Positions 14,228-26,177 of a stretch of DNA of 64,000 nt are shown here, piece by piece (the stretch's first letter is position 1; each line of letters begins with the position of its first letter). The notes below the pieces were generated by a model that worked only from the letters and a program-made list of their open reading frames with translations, searched no databases and was not told where the DNA came from. The stretch is taken from the NCBI GenBank assembly GCA_964106915.2, contig OZ066914.1. One strand, 5' to 3'. The position numbers were made by a program, and so were the translations under genes. This DNA is from Podarcis gaigeae. Its lineage: Eukaryota.

Positions 14228-14837
14228 CTGTGTGAGTCCTCTGGTGCGCTTTTAAGTGTGAGCTCTTTGTATAAACCTTCCGGCACCCATTAAACTGACA
14301 GCGATGAACCCTCTTCTTGTTTTCCGGCAAAGCATCTGCCCCCGTCCCTCCTTGCTCGCTGTCACTAAGCGCACACTTTGTTGTGCTGGCCGGTGCTACC
14401 ACACCGACTTTTATAGAGCTGAGGGCGGTCTTCTTTGCAACTAACTTCAGCGTAACTGTGCCATCCACCGCGGAGACAGTCTGTGAGGTTTTTACAAGAT
14501 GGCGACTGAGCTCAGGGGAGGAGGGAGGCGTTAGTGAGGTCACTGCGTTGAGTTGGGCCTGGTTAACGGCAGTATAGCCCTCTGTGGAGGAGCTGGTAGG
14601 CTGCAAGCTGAGGCAAGTCTCGGACAAGAGTTTGTCCCGCGAGACGATAACGTCCATGTTGGAATTCTTGTCGCAAGGACTCATGTCTACAGGTAACAAG
14701 AGGGGGTCCAGCTGCTGGATGGTGTCTTCTGTGTCTTGAGCGGAGGCAGTGTGGAGGAAACAGTCCAAATCATCACCAAAGCTCTCCGCTATCTTCCTGG
14801 GCTCCGTCTGAAGGTATCGTTCCAGCTCAAGGCATGT
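14228..14837 (-). CDS. KLF7: Krueppel-like factor 7, coding exon 2 (610 nt; Ser-rich region, basic NLS, C2H2 zinc finger 1)
   Basis: Acceptor ...TCTGTCTGCAG|ACA gives TCLELERYLQTEPRKIAESFGDDLDCFLH...LTPPSSPELSRHLVKTSQ...ENKKRVHRCQFNGCRKVYTKSSHLKAHQRTHT. Phase-1 donor G|GTACTT at 14227. In frame with exon 1. Confidence 0.97.
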
Positions 14838-15109
14838 CTGCAGACAGAGAAGGAAGACGCCATTAGATCACCCAATCCAGCAGTTGCCAACACTGCCGAG
14901 AAACAGAAGACAGACACAGGGGTAGGGAACACATGGCCCTCCAGGTACTGCTCGATTCCCATCATTGGCAAGGCCAATGGGAATGATGGGAAGTGTAGCT
15001 CAGAAATATCTGGAGGGCCACAGCTGCCCCATCCCTTCCCTAATTGGTGGAAACATATGGATAGGCCAAAACAGTCATAAAAAAAGAAAGGAGAAATACA
15101 TTATCTGCT

Positions 15110-15252
15110 GTGCTATAGCTCAGTCGGTATAGCACAAGACTTTTCATATCAGGGTGGTTGGTTCAAAGACCCATGTTGGGTAAGAGATTCCTGCTTTGCA
15201 GAGAGTTGGACACAATGACCCTCAAGATCCCTTCCAATTCCACAATTCTATG
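15110..15252 (+). mobile_element. Short tRNA-derived SINE with CR1-type 3' end (Squam3-like)
   Basis: TAGCTCAGTCGGTA A box, GGTTCAAAG B box, CCCTTCCAA..ATTCTATGA terminus. Confidence 0.7.
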
Positions 15253-16154
15253 AATTTCCCCACAGAATAACAGCTACAAGTGCCACTTCTCCTCCATTCT
15301 GGGAGGAGGACGGAGGACAGCAGAGGCCCTTTCCAGTTGCCTAGCAACCCCAGGAGCAACCACTTGTGAACCAACCCCCAAATGCTAGGAGGCTGCTCCA
15401 CAATCAGTCAAATTCCTTCCCCTCCCCGATCCATCTGAAAGGTTTGCTTAGCACACAAGCAGACTATTCGCAGGCTGCAGTTGCATCTTCTCTGGGGTCC
15501 TGGCACAAATACCTCTGTGCCAAACAGGGGAAGCTTTAGTTTTTGTGGGGTGGAAGGCACAGGAAGTGCTCCTCTACAGTGCAAACCAAATTACTTTCGG
15601 CCCAGTGGCTCATAGCTCCTTTCAGCAGGGCAAGAGGAACCAGCGGGGAAAGCTCCTTGAGGCTCCGCTCAGAACCGCTGGCTGTTGGTGTAAATGCCAG
15701 GCCATCGGGACAGAAAAATGGGATATCGAAAGTGCTGTAACAGTCCATTTATATAGGCCAGCCTTTTACATTTTAGCCTTTCCACGCAATGCTGATTAGT
15801 CAAGGGAAAACACCCAGAGAACAAGAGTTGGTATAACATACAAACCAGTGTAAGGTCCACTCCCCACCCCCCAGGTAGAATTCAGTAAGTATTCTATGCA
15901 ACTGGTGCACATTTAACTTGTGTGCATTCAGCTTTACATGCCTGGCAAACAAACAAAACAAAACAAAATTTAAAAGGGGGGAACTGAGCACAGGAGAAAA
16001 AAGTCTTTGGCAATCCCACCCGCCATTGCACTCAATATGGTTTGACTACACTTGATTTTGGCTTTAGGCGCTATCCCTGATACGTTGCCTCTGTGTAAGT
16101 TGAGGGCTTACTGTATTAGGATGTTCCTTATTTCTATCACAGGGCTGAAATATT

Positions 16155-16179
16155 TCCCTCCCTCCCTCCCTCCCTCCCT

Positions 16180-16233
<54 letters not shown>
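16155..16233. repeat. (CCCT)n(CT)n microsatellite
   Basis: Read directly from the sequence. Confidence 0.95.
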
Positions 16234-16236
<3 letters not shown>

Positions 16237-17976
16237 TGGCCTCAGTTTACTCTCTGCTGCACAGAAAACTCTTAAGAGCATGTAATCCCTAGGTTAGCAA
16301 GCATGGAGGCTGCTATGTCTAACGCCAGTCATTAGAATTCTCCACTGCCTGGACATTAAAATGCTGGGTTTGGTCTCCAAACTTCTTGTGGAGAGGGCGG
16401 GGGGGGGGGGGAGATGTCCCTTTAAGGCATTATTCCTCTTATGACAACCATGGTGGTTCTGACAGACTTCGAGCCTTGTCATTAATTTTCCATAAAGAAC
16501 AGTTCCCCGCAAGCCCCCTTTGAGGCAAGGCCTGATGCTTCAGAAACCTATAATTATTCTTGTATTCCACCCCCTGTGGTCTTTGCACCTGTGTCAGTTC
16601 AAGATACCAGCTGGTCAAGCCTTGCCTTCTGCCTCGGAAACAAAACCACCTCTTCAAGGCCATCTCCCTCAAAAAATAAAAAAAACGGGGTGGTGGTGGT
16701 GGGGAGAGAACTCAAAAGGTTGGACGGGCGGAGAGGGAAAAAGAAGAGGACAAAGTGAAAAAGATACAGCTTTCCACAACAGGAACAAAACCCTAAAACA
16801 CACCACGGCTAGACAAGGTTCTGATAAGGCTAAGCGATATATGGCTCTATTTTCAGGATACAGAAAGTATCCATTTAAAAAAAAAAAAATTAAAGAGGTT
16901 GCTTACGTTTTAAAGCACAATGCTAATCAAGTGGAGGTGGGAACGAAAGAAACAATTTGTTGCATTTTGATTGCTATGATTTCGAAGTTCATATATCAGT
17001 ATTTTTTCCCTGTGGCTTGTCCACCGTTGGGGAGAAGCTGCTATTGAATTAGGCTGCGCACTTACTAGTGACTGAAACCCGCTGAACACAGCAAGACAAA
17101 ATTCTGGGTAAACCTGTGTGGGGTTGTGCTGCAAGGCTGTTGTGAAAGCAGCACAACCTGCCTGCCACATTCCTAACGGTCATCTGCAAATTAATTATAT
17201 GAAGCCAAATATGCATTGTTATCTTTAGCCTTCCAGTTCACAGAATTCTTCTGTCTTTAACACTTCGTCTGTGCCATTAGAGAAGAACTACAGATAAAAT
17301 ATTTGCAAAACAAAATGAGGAAGGGCCGTCCTCCTTTGAACCCCAATTCTTATCCGCCTGCTCTTTGCTACAAGTTGACGCTTTTTCATGCATTACAGAG
17401 ATTCTTTCTTCACATGCAATTTTGCTGCTCCGGAAAACATCAAATACAGTACCTTACATAACCTTCTTCCTTCTCAGTCCGACATCACAAGTAAAAACAC
17501 ACACACAAAAACAAGATCTCCGGTTGCCAAGCTTATGTTATAAAACAAATTTGTTGGCATAACACCGCCACCCTGGCCCCCAAATGGAGAATGAGAAGAA
17601 GGTGCTGTTGTTTTATTATTTATCTGTTTGCAAAAATTATCGTCAACCACCATGGTGGTGAACACCATAAAACAGTAAAAATTACGTCCATAAAACAAAT
17701 TCGAAATACGTTGCAAATTGGAGTATCAAATTACTGTATCAACATAGATGGATCACCCCGCAGTGAAAGCCTTGAGTGAACAGGTGAGCGTAAATGCCAA
17801 GATGGAAGGTGCCTGGTCTGCTGTTCATTGGAAGCACATTCCCAAAGGCAGGTGCTACCACACGACAGAACTACTAAGAGGGCCTCTTGCAAGGGCAGAA
17901 GTGACCACACAGGGGAATAAAAAAATGTAAGGCCTCCCTGAAGGTAATCCGGTTCAGAGTCCCAAATATGCTAATA

Positions 17977-18203
17977 GGTAAAGGTAAAGGGACCCCTGAC
18001 AGTTAAGTCCAGTCGCGAACGACTCTGGGGTTGCACGCTCTTCTCGCTCTATAGGCCGGGGGAGCTGGAGTTTGTCCACAGACAGCTTCCGGGTCATGTG
18101 GCCAGAATGACTAAGCAGCACACGGAAACGCTGTTTCCCTTCCCGCTGGAGTGGTACCTATTTATCTACTTGCACTTTGATGTGCTTTTGAACTGCTAGG
18201 TGG
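17977..18203 (-). mobile_element. Sauria SINE (5'-truncated)
   Basis: GGTAAAGGTAAAGGGACCCCTG tail plus core. Confidence 0.85.
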
Positions 18204-18408
18204 AAGACCTTAAACCTGACGCATTATCTTACCCAGACCCTGTGGGACTCATGCATCTTTTTGGCTTGGTGATTTAATTTAACATGCTGCTATTATTTTC
18301 TGAGGTGTGTGTAAAATGACTGTATTTTGCTTTATTCCTGGTGATTGCTACTCATTATTTGGTGTTTACATTGCTTCATGCTATTATTAGTATACAAAAA
18401 AATGACAA

Positions 18409-18411
<3 letters not shown>

Positions 18412-18443
<32 letters not shown>
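18412..18443. repeat. (CA)n microsatellite
   Basis: Read directly from the sequence. Confidence 0.95.
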
Positions 18444-18447
<4 letters not shown>

Positions 18448-18861
18448 ATCCAGCAGCATACTGGCAGCCAGTGAAGCTCTTTCAGAACAAGTGTTAGTCA
18501 CCTCCTTGAGCAGCCTTGCTGCCATATTCTGCACTAGAAAGTTTCTATTCTGCCGTAGAAACTTTCATTGAACAAAACATTCAGAAATGCATTAAAACTC
18601 ATCTGTCCAATTCTACTCGTAACCACTTGGCTTTTTCTGTTGCATTTCACTGCGCTGTTCAAGAGGCCTACCTTTTCGCGTGTGCTAGTTAGCAATGTGG
18701 AGTGATTATTTTCCCCCCAGAAAACATTACTTGTAAAACGTGCTTTATATGCTTTTTCGTGGAACTTTTTATTTCATAAATTCATTGGTCACAATGAATG
18801 CATGCCAACTGCAACTATAACATTAGACAAGCTCCAACATTCTAGCTCTGCTTGCTAAATA

Positions 18862-19103
18862 CGGTGGTACCTCGGGTTAAGTACTTAATTCGTTCCGGAG
18901 GTCCGTCCTTAACCTGAAACTGTTCTTAACCTGAAGCACCACTTTAGCTAATGGGGCCTCCTGCTGCCGCCACGCCACCAGAGCCTGATTTCTGTTCTTA
19001 TCCTGAAGCAAAGTTCTTAACCTGAAGCACTATTTCTGGGTTAGCATAGTGTGTAACCTGAAGCGTATGTAACCTGAAGCGCATGTAACCTGAGGTACCA
19101 CTG
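18862..19103. mobile_element. Tigger/pogo-like MITE, family A
   Basis: TA TSD; TIR C(A/G)GTGGTACCTC(G/A)GGTTA. Confidence 0.88.
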
Positions 19104-19579
19104 TACATGTAAACCAAACACAGCGAATTAAAGCACTCTTGGGCACCAGAAAGTTTTCCAATGCAAAGTATCCTAATTTGTATAGGAAAATTTTCCAAAT
19201 CCCATTTTCCTAGGAAACTTGCTAGTGTTACAGGCCATAACCACCAAAGCTATAAGCCTGTTATGAGTAGGGAAGCTGCTGATATTCTCAGGTAATGTAT
19301 ATTCCGTGCTAGATACTAGAACCAACATAGCAGTTCTCAGAAAACAGAGAAGTCCTGGTGATGGAATACAAGGATAAGTTTTGCCTAACAGATATTCACT
19401 GTGTCTGGAATGGGCTCGAAAGTACTAATGTATGCCAGTGATCTGCACAAAGTAACCTGGAATGGCACAAAGTTCTCTGTCAATTTTCTCGCAGATCCAA
19501 AGATAGTTAAGAGATTAGCAATATTTTGGAGAAGGTTTTGTGGCTCAGTGCTTCAAAACAAAAGCCTTACTTAAAAATA

Positions 19580-19756
19580 CAGTGGTACCTCGGGTTACAG
19601 ACGCTTCAGGTTACAGACTCTGCTAACCCAGAAATAGTACCTCAGGTTAAGAACTTTGCTTCAGGATGAGAATAGAAATTGTGTGGCGGCGGCGCAGCGG
19701 GAGGTCCCATTAGCTAAAGTGGTACCTCAGGTTAAGAACAGGTACTATTTCCACTG
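19580..19756. mobile_element. Tigger/pogo-like MITE, family A (opposite orientation, internally deleted)
   Basis: TA-CAGTGGTACCTCGGGTTACAG...CCACTG-TA. Confidence 0.85.
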
Positions 19757-19788
19757 TACACTAAATCCAACTTGAGCCTTGGCGAATA

Positions 19789-20003
19789 CAGTAGTACCTC
19801 GGGTTAAGAACTTAATTTGTTCTGGAGGTCCATTCTTAACCTGAAACTGTTCTTAACCTGAGGTACCACTTTAGCTAACAGGGCCTCCCACTGCCACCAT
19901 GCGATTTCTGTTCTCATCCTGAAGCCAAGTTCTTAACCCGAGGTACTATTTCTGGGTTAGCGGAGTCTGTAACCTGAAGCGTCTGCAACCCAAGGTACCA
20001 CTG
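19789..20003. mobile_element. Tigger/pogo-like MITE, family A
   Basis: TA-CAGTAGTACCTCGGGTTAAG...GGTACCACTG-TA. Confidence 0.88.
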
Positions 20004-20254
20004 TATCACTGGTGCATCATACCAAAGACCCGTTAGATGGTGGGGAAGGAACACCTACAGCCTCTAGTAAAAAACCAAAATCCAAACCATAGCTCCACTT
20101 TACACTAGCATGCAGCAAGCTAAAAGAGGAGACAGATTTGCACTGTGAAGATTGATACAGAGCAAAAGACACCTAAAGATAAATGACGTGGCACAGCTGC
20201 TACATGATAAAGAGAAGTTGATAGATGTTATTCGTTGCCAGAGTCACTGCAGGA

Positions 20255-20763
20255 CGTGATGGACAGCGTTTGAAGAAGAATGAGGTTCCTTAAAGAGAAA
20301 TGAGAAGTAGGCGTCTGATTGTTCCAGCTTGCGGGGGGGGGGGGGGTAGAGATCCTATCTCTGTGGGAACTACCATTCTGGGGCATGGGTGATGTGATGG
20401 TTATATGGGGTTGCTCGTGCGTAAGTTGTCGCCACTCCTGGCTAGGTAGCCTGGTTAAACCTTTCCTGGCTGGACAGCCCTTCACTTCATGGCTGTTCAG
20501 TCGCTAGCAGAATCCGTCAGTGGGCGTTTCTTAAACTTCTTCCAGCAAAGAAGCTCTTTGACGCCAAGTCTACACCTACTTTCCCTGCGCGGAAGTCTTC
20601 CTGGAGCCCCCTCTCCGATTCCCCCATCCGCCCCCCTTTATCCCTGGTGTTACGCTGATTTCCTTCCCCAGCCGATGAGTTCCCTCTCTCCCTGCTTGGC
20701 CCTTCTCCCGCATCGCTTGGGAGCCCTGCCTCCACTTCTGGCTCCGATGTCAGTTCCCTGACA
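20255..20763. mobile_element. Possible solo-LTR-like repeat
   Basis: GC-rich block ending CAGTTCCCTGACA; no clear TSD. Confidence 0.4.
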
Positions 20764-21711
20764 GGTGAGAACCCTCGCCCAATGCCCCCTCTTCCCAGAA
20801 GTTAAAGCTCAGTATCTTTGATTTTACCGGTCTTAGCTTCTTCTGCCTCCACACACACACACCCCCCCCCCCCCGCCCAAACGTAGGCCAGGTCTTCGGA
20901 GGCTCAGATCCTGAGATGGCTGGGGTGGAACTTCACAGAGCAGGGGATGGAGTGTGATCGATAGGGGTGAAGTCTAAGACAGGGGTGGGGAACTGGTGGT
21001 GGTGGGGAACAAGGTGTTGAACTTCAGCCCCCCAGCCAGACTGCCAATGGGCAGGGTTGGTGTGATTTGACTTTTCATGGACTCAACATGCTTAATCTAA
21101 ACTGGACTTTTCTTTGCAACCCCTTCAGGTTTTAAAGAAATGTGTTGCTGTTTTTACTTTTGTATAACTCAAGGTTCATCCAAGCATTCTTACGCTTCCT
21201 CTCTCGTTTCCCAGCAGCCCCATTCAGTATTGCCAATCATTTTTATCTCCAGTCAACCACTTGAGTTTCCTATTACAGGGGGAGGGGAGGAAGATTCATG
21301 GTTAAGAGCAGCAGGAGGAGCTTTTCATGGCCTCATGCAAAGAAGCAACCCAAAGATGGTAACACATTGGCCTTTTTTTTGGGGGGGGGGTGCCAGTTTC
21401 ACATCAGGCCTCAACTGCTGCTTAAAACCAGCAACAATAAAAGCACTCTCTTAAATCTTTCTTATGGAGCCCAAACCGAAGGAAGAAACACAGGTAGTCT
21501 AGACACATATAAGGAGCTGTAAACTTAGGCCTGCATTGAAGAGTACCATTTATAAGGATCCACAAGGACTCACTGTCTCCTTGTAAGTCTATTAGTATGA
21601 TACACATGATGTCTAGAAACAGATGCTGGTCACATCCACCCATTCCACATCCATCCATTTTTGCAGCATGCTTAGCACATCTTGGGTACACACCTAGCAA
21701 GGAATTTAGTA

Positions 21712-21963
21712 CAGTGGTACCTCGGGATGCGAATGGGATCCGTTCCGGAGCCCCGTTCGCATCCTGAAGTGAACGCAATCCGTGCCTGTGTGTGTGCGGG
21801 TCGTGTTTAGCCACTTCCGCACATGCGCGTGACATCATTTTGACCGTCTGTGCATGCGCATGCGGCAAAACCCGGAAGTAACGCACTCCGTTACTTCCGG
21901 GTCGCCGCAGAGCACAACCCGAAAATACTTAACTTGAAGCACATTTATCCCAAGGTATGACTG
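21712..21963. mobile_element. Tigger/pogo-like MITE, family B (CpG-rich core)
   Basis: TA-CAGTGGTACCTCGGGAT...ATCCCAAGGTATGACTG-TA. Confidence 0.85.
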
Positions 21964-22143
21964 TATTGCACTAAAACAAACATTATAGTTGAGCAAGGAT
22001 TTCTGCTTGTCTAACAGAACAACCTCTCCTCTCATCCCCCTGCATGTTTAGGGGTACTCTCATTTTCCTCCTCATATTGAAATACTGCCCCTCAATGAGG
22101 CCAAACTTAGATTCACAAAAGGTTTAGGGGTATGCGTCCCCCT

Positions 22144-22478
22144 GGGACGTGGGTGGCGCTGTGGGTTAAGCCACAGAGCCTAGGACTTGCTGATCAGAAG
22201 GTCGGCGGTTCGAATCCCCGCGACGGGGTGAACTTCTGTTGTTTGGTCCCAGCTCCTGCCAACCTAGCAGTTCAAAAGCACGTCAAGTGCAAGTAGATAA
22301 ATAGGTACCACTCTGGTGGGATAGTAAACGGCGTTTCCGTGCGCTGCTCTGGTTCACCAGAAGCGGCTTAGTCATGCTGGCCATATGACCCAGAAGCTGT
22401 ACGCAATAAAGCGAGATGAGCGCCACAACCCCAGAGTCAGTCACGACTGGACCTAATGGTCAGGGGTCCCTTTACCTT
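22144..22478 (+). mobile_element. Sauria SINE
   Basis: Full head and tail; TSD TATGCGTCCCCC. Confidence 0.92.
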
Positions 22479-22576
22479 TATGCGTCCCCCCCAGAAAAAA
22501 AGCAAGGAGGGTGGCATGTCCCATTCCACTAGCGGGAGACCTTAGTTGGAACTACTTCATGGAATCTGGCTCCTAA

Positions 22577-22720
22577 TGTTTTTAAGCAAGCTGTTTGGGG
22601 AAAATTTTACTGTTTGATGTTTTATCGTGTTTTTAATATTCTGTTGGGAGCCGTCCAGAGTGGCTGGGGAAACCCAGCCAGATGGGCGGGTATAAATAAT
22701 AAATTATTATTATTATTATT
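22577..22720 (+). mobile_element. L2 3'UTR fragment
   Basis: CCAGAGTGGCTGGGGAAACCCAGCCAGATGGGCGGG plus (ATT)n. Confidence 0.8.
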
Positions 22721-24228
22721 AAATTATTATAGTTGAAGAAATTTAAATGGTGCAAACCAATCGTGCATGTTTTATATCCCATTTTCAAGCAGTTATCGGT
22801 GCTCTTCACTGAGTGGGAGGTGGCCTTCAAGTGAAATGCACAAGGGCAAGATGTTTAAAGGACAGCCAGACAGCCATGTGCTTCATGTGACTGTCACACC
22901 GATCACTGCAAAAATCCCAGGTGATAATTTTCAATTGCAGCTTTTAGGAAGCCAATGAGAGATTTTCCTTACCCTTGTGGATGTTGAAGGCAGAGACCAC
23001 ATGAGCACTAAGAAACATAATAAAAAGCCCTAGGAATCAGTGTTGCAATATTATCACTTCTATTGCAATATCTGCTGTTTTTATTAATGCCCCAGGCACC
23101 AGGCAGGCAATTAGAAAAGAACCTCAGCTTTCATTAAAGAAAAAAAAAGTTACATTCTAGCTCTTGAGGTTACAAGAGAATGTCTGAAAAACACGATTCC
23201 CTAAGGTTTGGGAGTACGGAAGCAATTAAAAAGAGCACTGAATTCCTTTAAGAAGTATATATGACACACACATATCCCTAAATTGGGAATGTTTCAGGGA
23301 AAACTGAAAGATCAAAACTTCAAAAGACAAAGAGACTATGCAGACAGGAAGAAGGTGAGATGAAAACACAAGTTAGCAGATGAGGTCAAGGAAACTAAGC
23401 AATGTTTTTCTGTGGCCAAATGTGATTCCTTAGAAAGGCATCAGATAGTTTAAACTATTAGTGATTGCTAATTCAAATTCTTCTTCACATCATGCACGTT
23501 CTCCAATTATGTCCACAGTGATCCAGTAAAGAGCTGAACTCTTAGCAGAAATACAAAGTTAAAAAAAACCTCTAAGCAGAAATCTAAAAAGCTGAATTTA
23601 GAGTATACGGCTCTGTTGAAATGATTGCTTACTTTCGCATCAGCATCCTGAAAACCGTGAAATTATAAATGACTGGGCTTTGGCCACACCTAAATATCTC
23701 AGTAAAGTGACAAAAAGAAAATGGGGGGGGGGGGGAGAGAAGGACAAAACTGTATGTGGCTGGATCCTTGTTCATGACGGCACCTGTTGAAATCCTGTTA
23801 TGCAGATTTGGCCTTGTAAACGTGGGTGACCTGTTGGCTCATGCTTTATGATGTGCAATAGAGTGTACACACAGGAAACACATTTGTGATTTGCAATGGG
23901 CAAAAGTGCCCCAGATCTGTTACGTGAAATGCCCACGTTATACTGTAGACACAGTTTCCAATGTCAACCCTTTTTGGATGCTGCATAAGAATGAATCAAA
24001 CTTTCTACAGGGAAAACCCACTTCATCAGTTGGTTGGTTGAGAAATCCTCAGTCCATTTCATGAGAAATCCCCAACCATTTCCCATGAAATTCCTACATA
24101 CTGCAGAGGATGCCCAATTTTACTGTATGCTTTACATCTGCACACCCCATTCAAATGACATGCCTGAACCGCAAAGTCATGTGTTAGGGGCAGGAAGGGG
24201 CAGCGATGCCTTAAGGCAGAGCGTAATA

Positions 24229-24229
24229 A

Positions 24230-24274
<45 letters not shown>

Positions 24275-25120
24275 TTATTTATACCCTGTCCATTTGGCTG
24301 AGTCTCCCCAGCCACTCTGGGCGGCTCCTAATCAAATGTTAAAAACAGTACAGCATTAAATATTAAAAACTTCCCTGAACAGGGCTGCCTTCAGATGTCT
24401 TTTACAGATAGGATAGCTGCTTATTTCCTTGACATCTGATGGGAGGACGTTCCACAGGGTGGGTGCCACTACCGAGAAGGCCCTCTGTTTGATTGCGTGT
24501 AACCTCGCTTCTCACAATGAGGGAACCTCCAGAAGGCTCTCGGCACTGGATCTGAGGCTGAACAATGGGGGTGGAGACGCTCCTTCGGGTATACAGGACC
24601 AAGGCCGTTTAGGGCTTTAAAGGTCAGCACCAACACTTTGAATTGTGCTCGGAAACATACTGGGAGCCAATGCAGATCTCTCAGGACCGGTGTTATGTGG
24701 TCCGGGCGGCCACTCCCAGTCACCAGTCTAGCTGCTGCATTCTGGATTGGTTGTAGTTTTCAGGTCACCTTCAAAGGTAGCCCCACATAGAGCGCATTGC
24801 AGTAGTCCAAGCGGAAGATAACTAGAGCATGCACCACTCTGGCGAGACAGTCTGCGGGCAGGTAGGGTCTTAGCCTGCATACCAGATGGAGCTGGTAGAT
24901 AACCGCCCTGGACACAGAATTAACCTGCGCCTCCATGGACAGCTGTGAGTCCAGAATGACTCCCAGGCTGCGCACCTTCAGGGGCACAGTTACCCCATTC
25001 AGGACCAGGGAGTCCCCCACACCCGCCTGCCCCCTGTCCCCCCCAAAACAGTACTTCTGTCTTGTCAGGATTCAACCTCAATCTGTTAGCCGCCATCCAT
25101 CCTCCAACCGCCTCCAGGCA
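24229..25120 (-). mobile_element. L2 LINE 3' fragment with (TAA)n tail
   Basis: RT C-terminal peptides WMAANRLRLNPDKTE, SLGVILDSQLSM, RLDYCNALY, LHWLPV. Confidence 0.92.
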
Positions 25121-25926
25121 TTCATGTTGATGACACACTATTTAGACATGCACCATTTCGTGACGCAGTAATTCAGTGACGCAGTAATTTAGCAAACCGG
25201 AGGTTAAACTAACCCTTTTCCAGCCCTGAGAGGAGCGGAGGGAGCGTTTGCATGACACACCTACACACTGCAGCCGACACACTAACATGTCGCGACACGG
25301 TCTGGAAAGCTCTGCCCTAAGTGCACGGCTCCTGGCACACAGCCTGCAATCGGCCCTGATCTAGGGGTACCCATGTGCCAGTGTGGCCATCTGCAAGGGG
25401 AGAGAGGGAAAGGGAGAGACTGACCGACAGGCAGCACAAACCATTATTTGTGCATCGACTTCCTCAGTGCCTGGATGCCAACATAACTGGGTATTCTGGT
25501 TGCATGGAAGCTTCTGTAAAAGCAGCTGTTTGTGCACAGATATGAAAGGGGCATCAGAGGAGTACTGAGGAGCAGGGCTGTGCTCCTAGCCCACACTGCC
25601 AGGATCAGGTATGCTGCCTGGCCCTGCCTCTAGATATCCTTTTGCTAGCAAGGTCTTCAGCAAAGAAAAAAACATTCCCGGGTTCTAGCATAGCAGCCCC
25701 TTCACGCAATTTCCCCAGACTTGGATTCCCATAGGTTATTCAACTACATCTCCCATCATCACTGGCCAAGCAAGCTGGGGATATTTGGCGTCCCAGTGTT
25801 GGGGAAAACTGCGTTGGATTCACCACATTCCAATCAAATACATCTGTGCATTTCACTAGAACTGTGTCAATTACAGCACATTCTTCCATTGCATGTATTC
25901 ATTCTTAAAGTTACTAAGGAACTATA

Positions 25927-26177
25927 CAGTCGTACCTTGGAAATTGAACGGAATCCGTTCTGGAAGTCCATTTGACTTCCAAAAAGTTTGAAAACTGAAG
26001 TGCAGCTTCTGATTGGCTGCAGGGAGTTCCTGCAGCCAATCGGAAGCCATGGAAGCCCATCGGATGTTCGGCTTCCAAAAGAACGTTCGAAAACTGGAAC
26101 ACTCACTTCCGGGTTTCGATCGTTCGGGAGCCAAAACGTTCCGAGAACTAGGCTGTTCGACTTCCAAGGTACGACTG
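25927..26177. mobile_element. Tigger/pogo-like MITE, family C
   Basis: TA-CAGTCGTACCTTGGAA...TTCCAAGGTACGACTG-TA. Confidence 0.88.

Noticed and set aside
14166-14768. The 200-aa ORF as a standalone gene, or as KLF6
   Set aside because: The TTG start is internal to exon 2 and the frame runs into the intron after finger 1. The [10 protein letters not shown] start and the exon 2 sequence match KLF7, not KLF6.
16520-17047. 175-aa ORF and most other ORF-track entries
   Set aside because: No recognisable homology; they are intronic chance ORFs or translations of SINE, LINE and MITE fragments.
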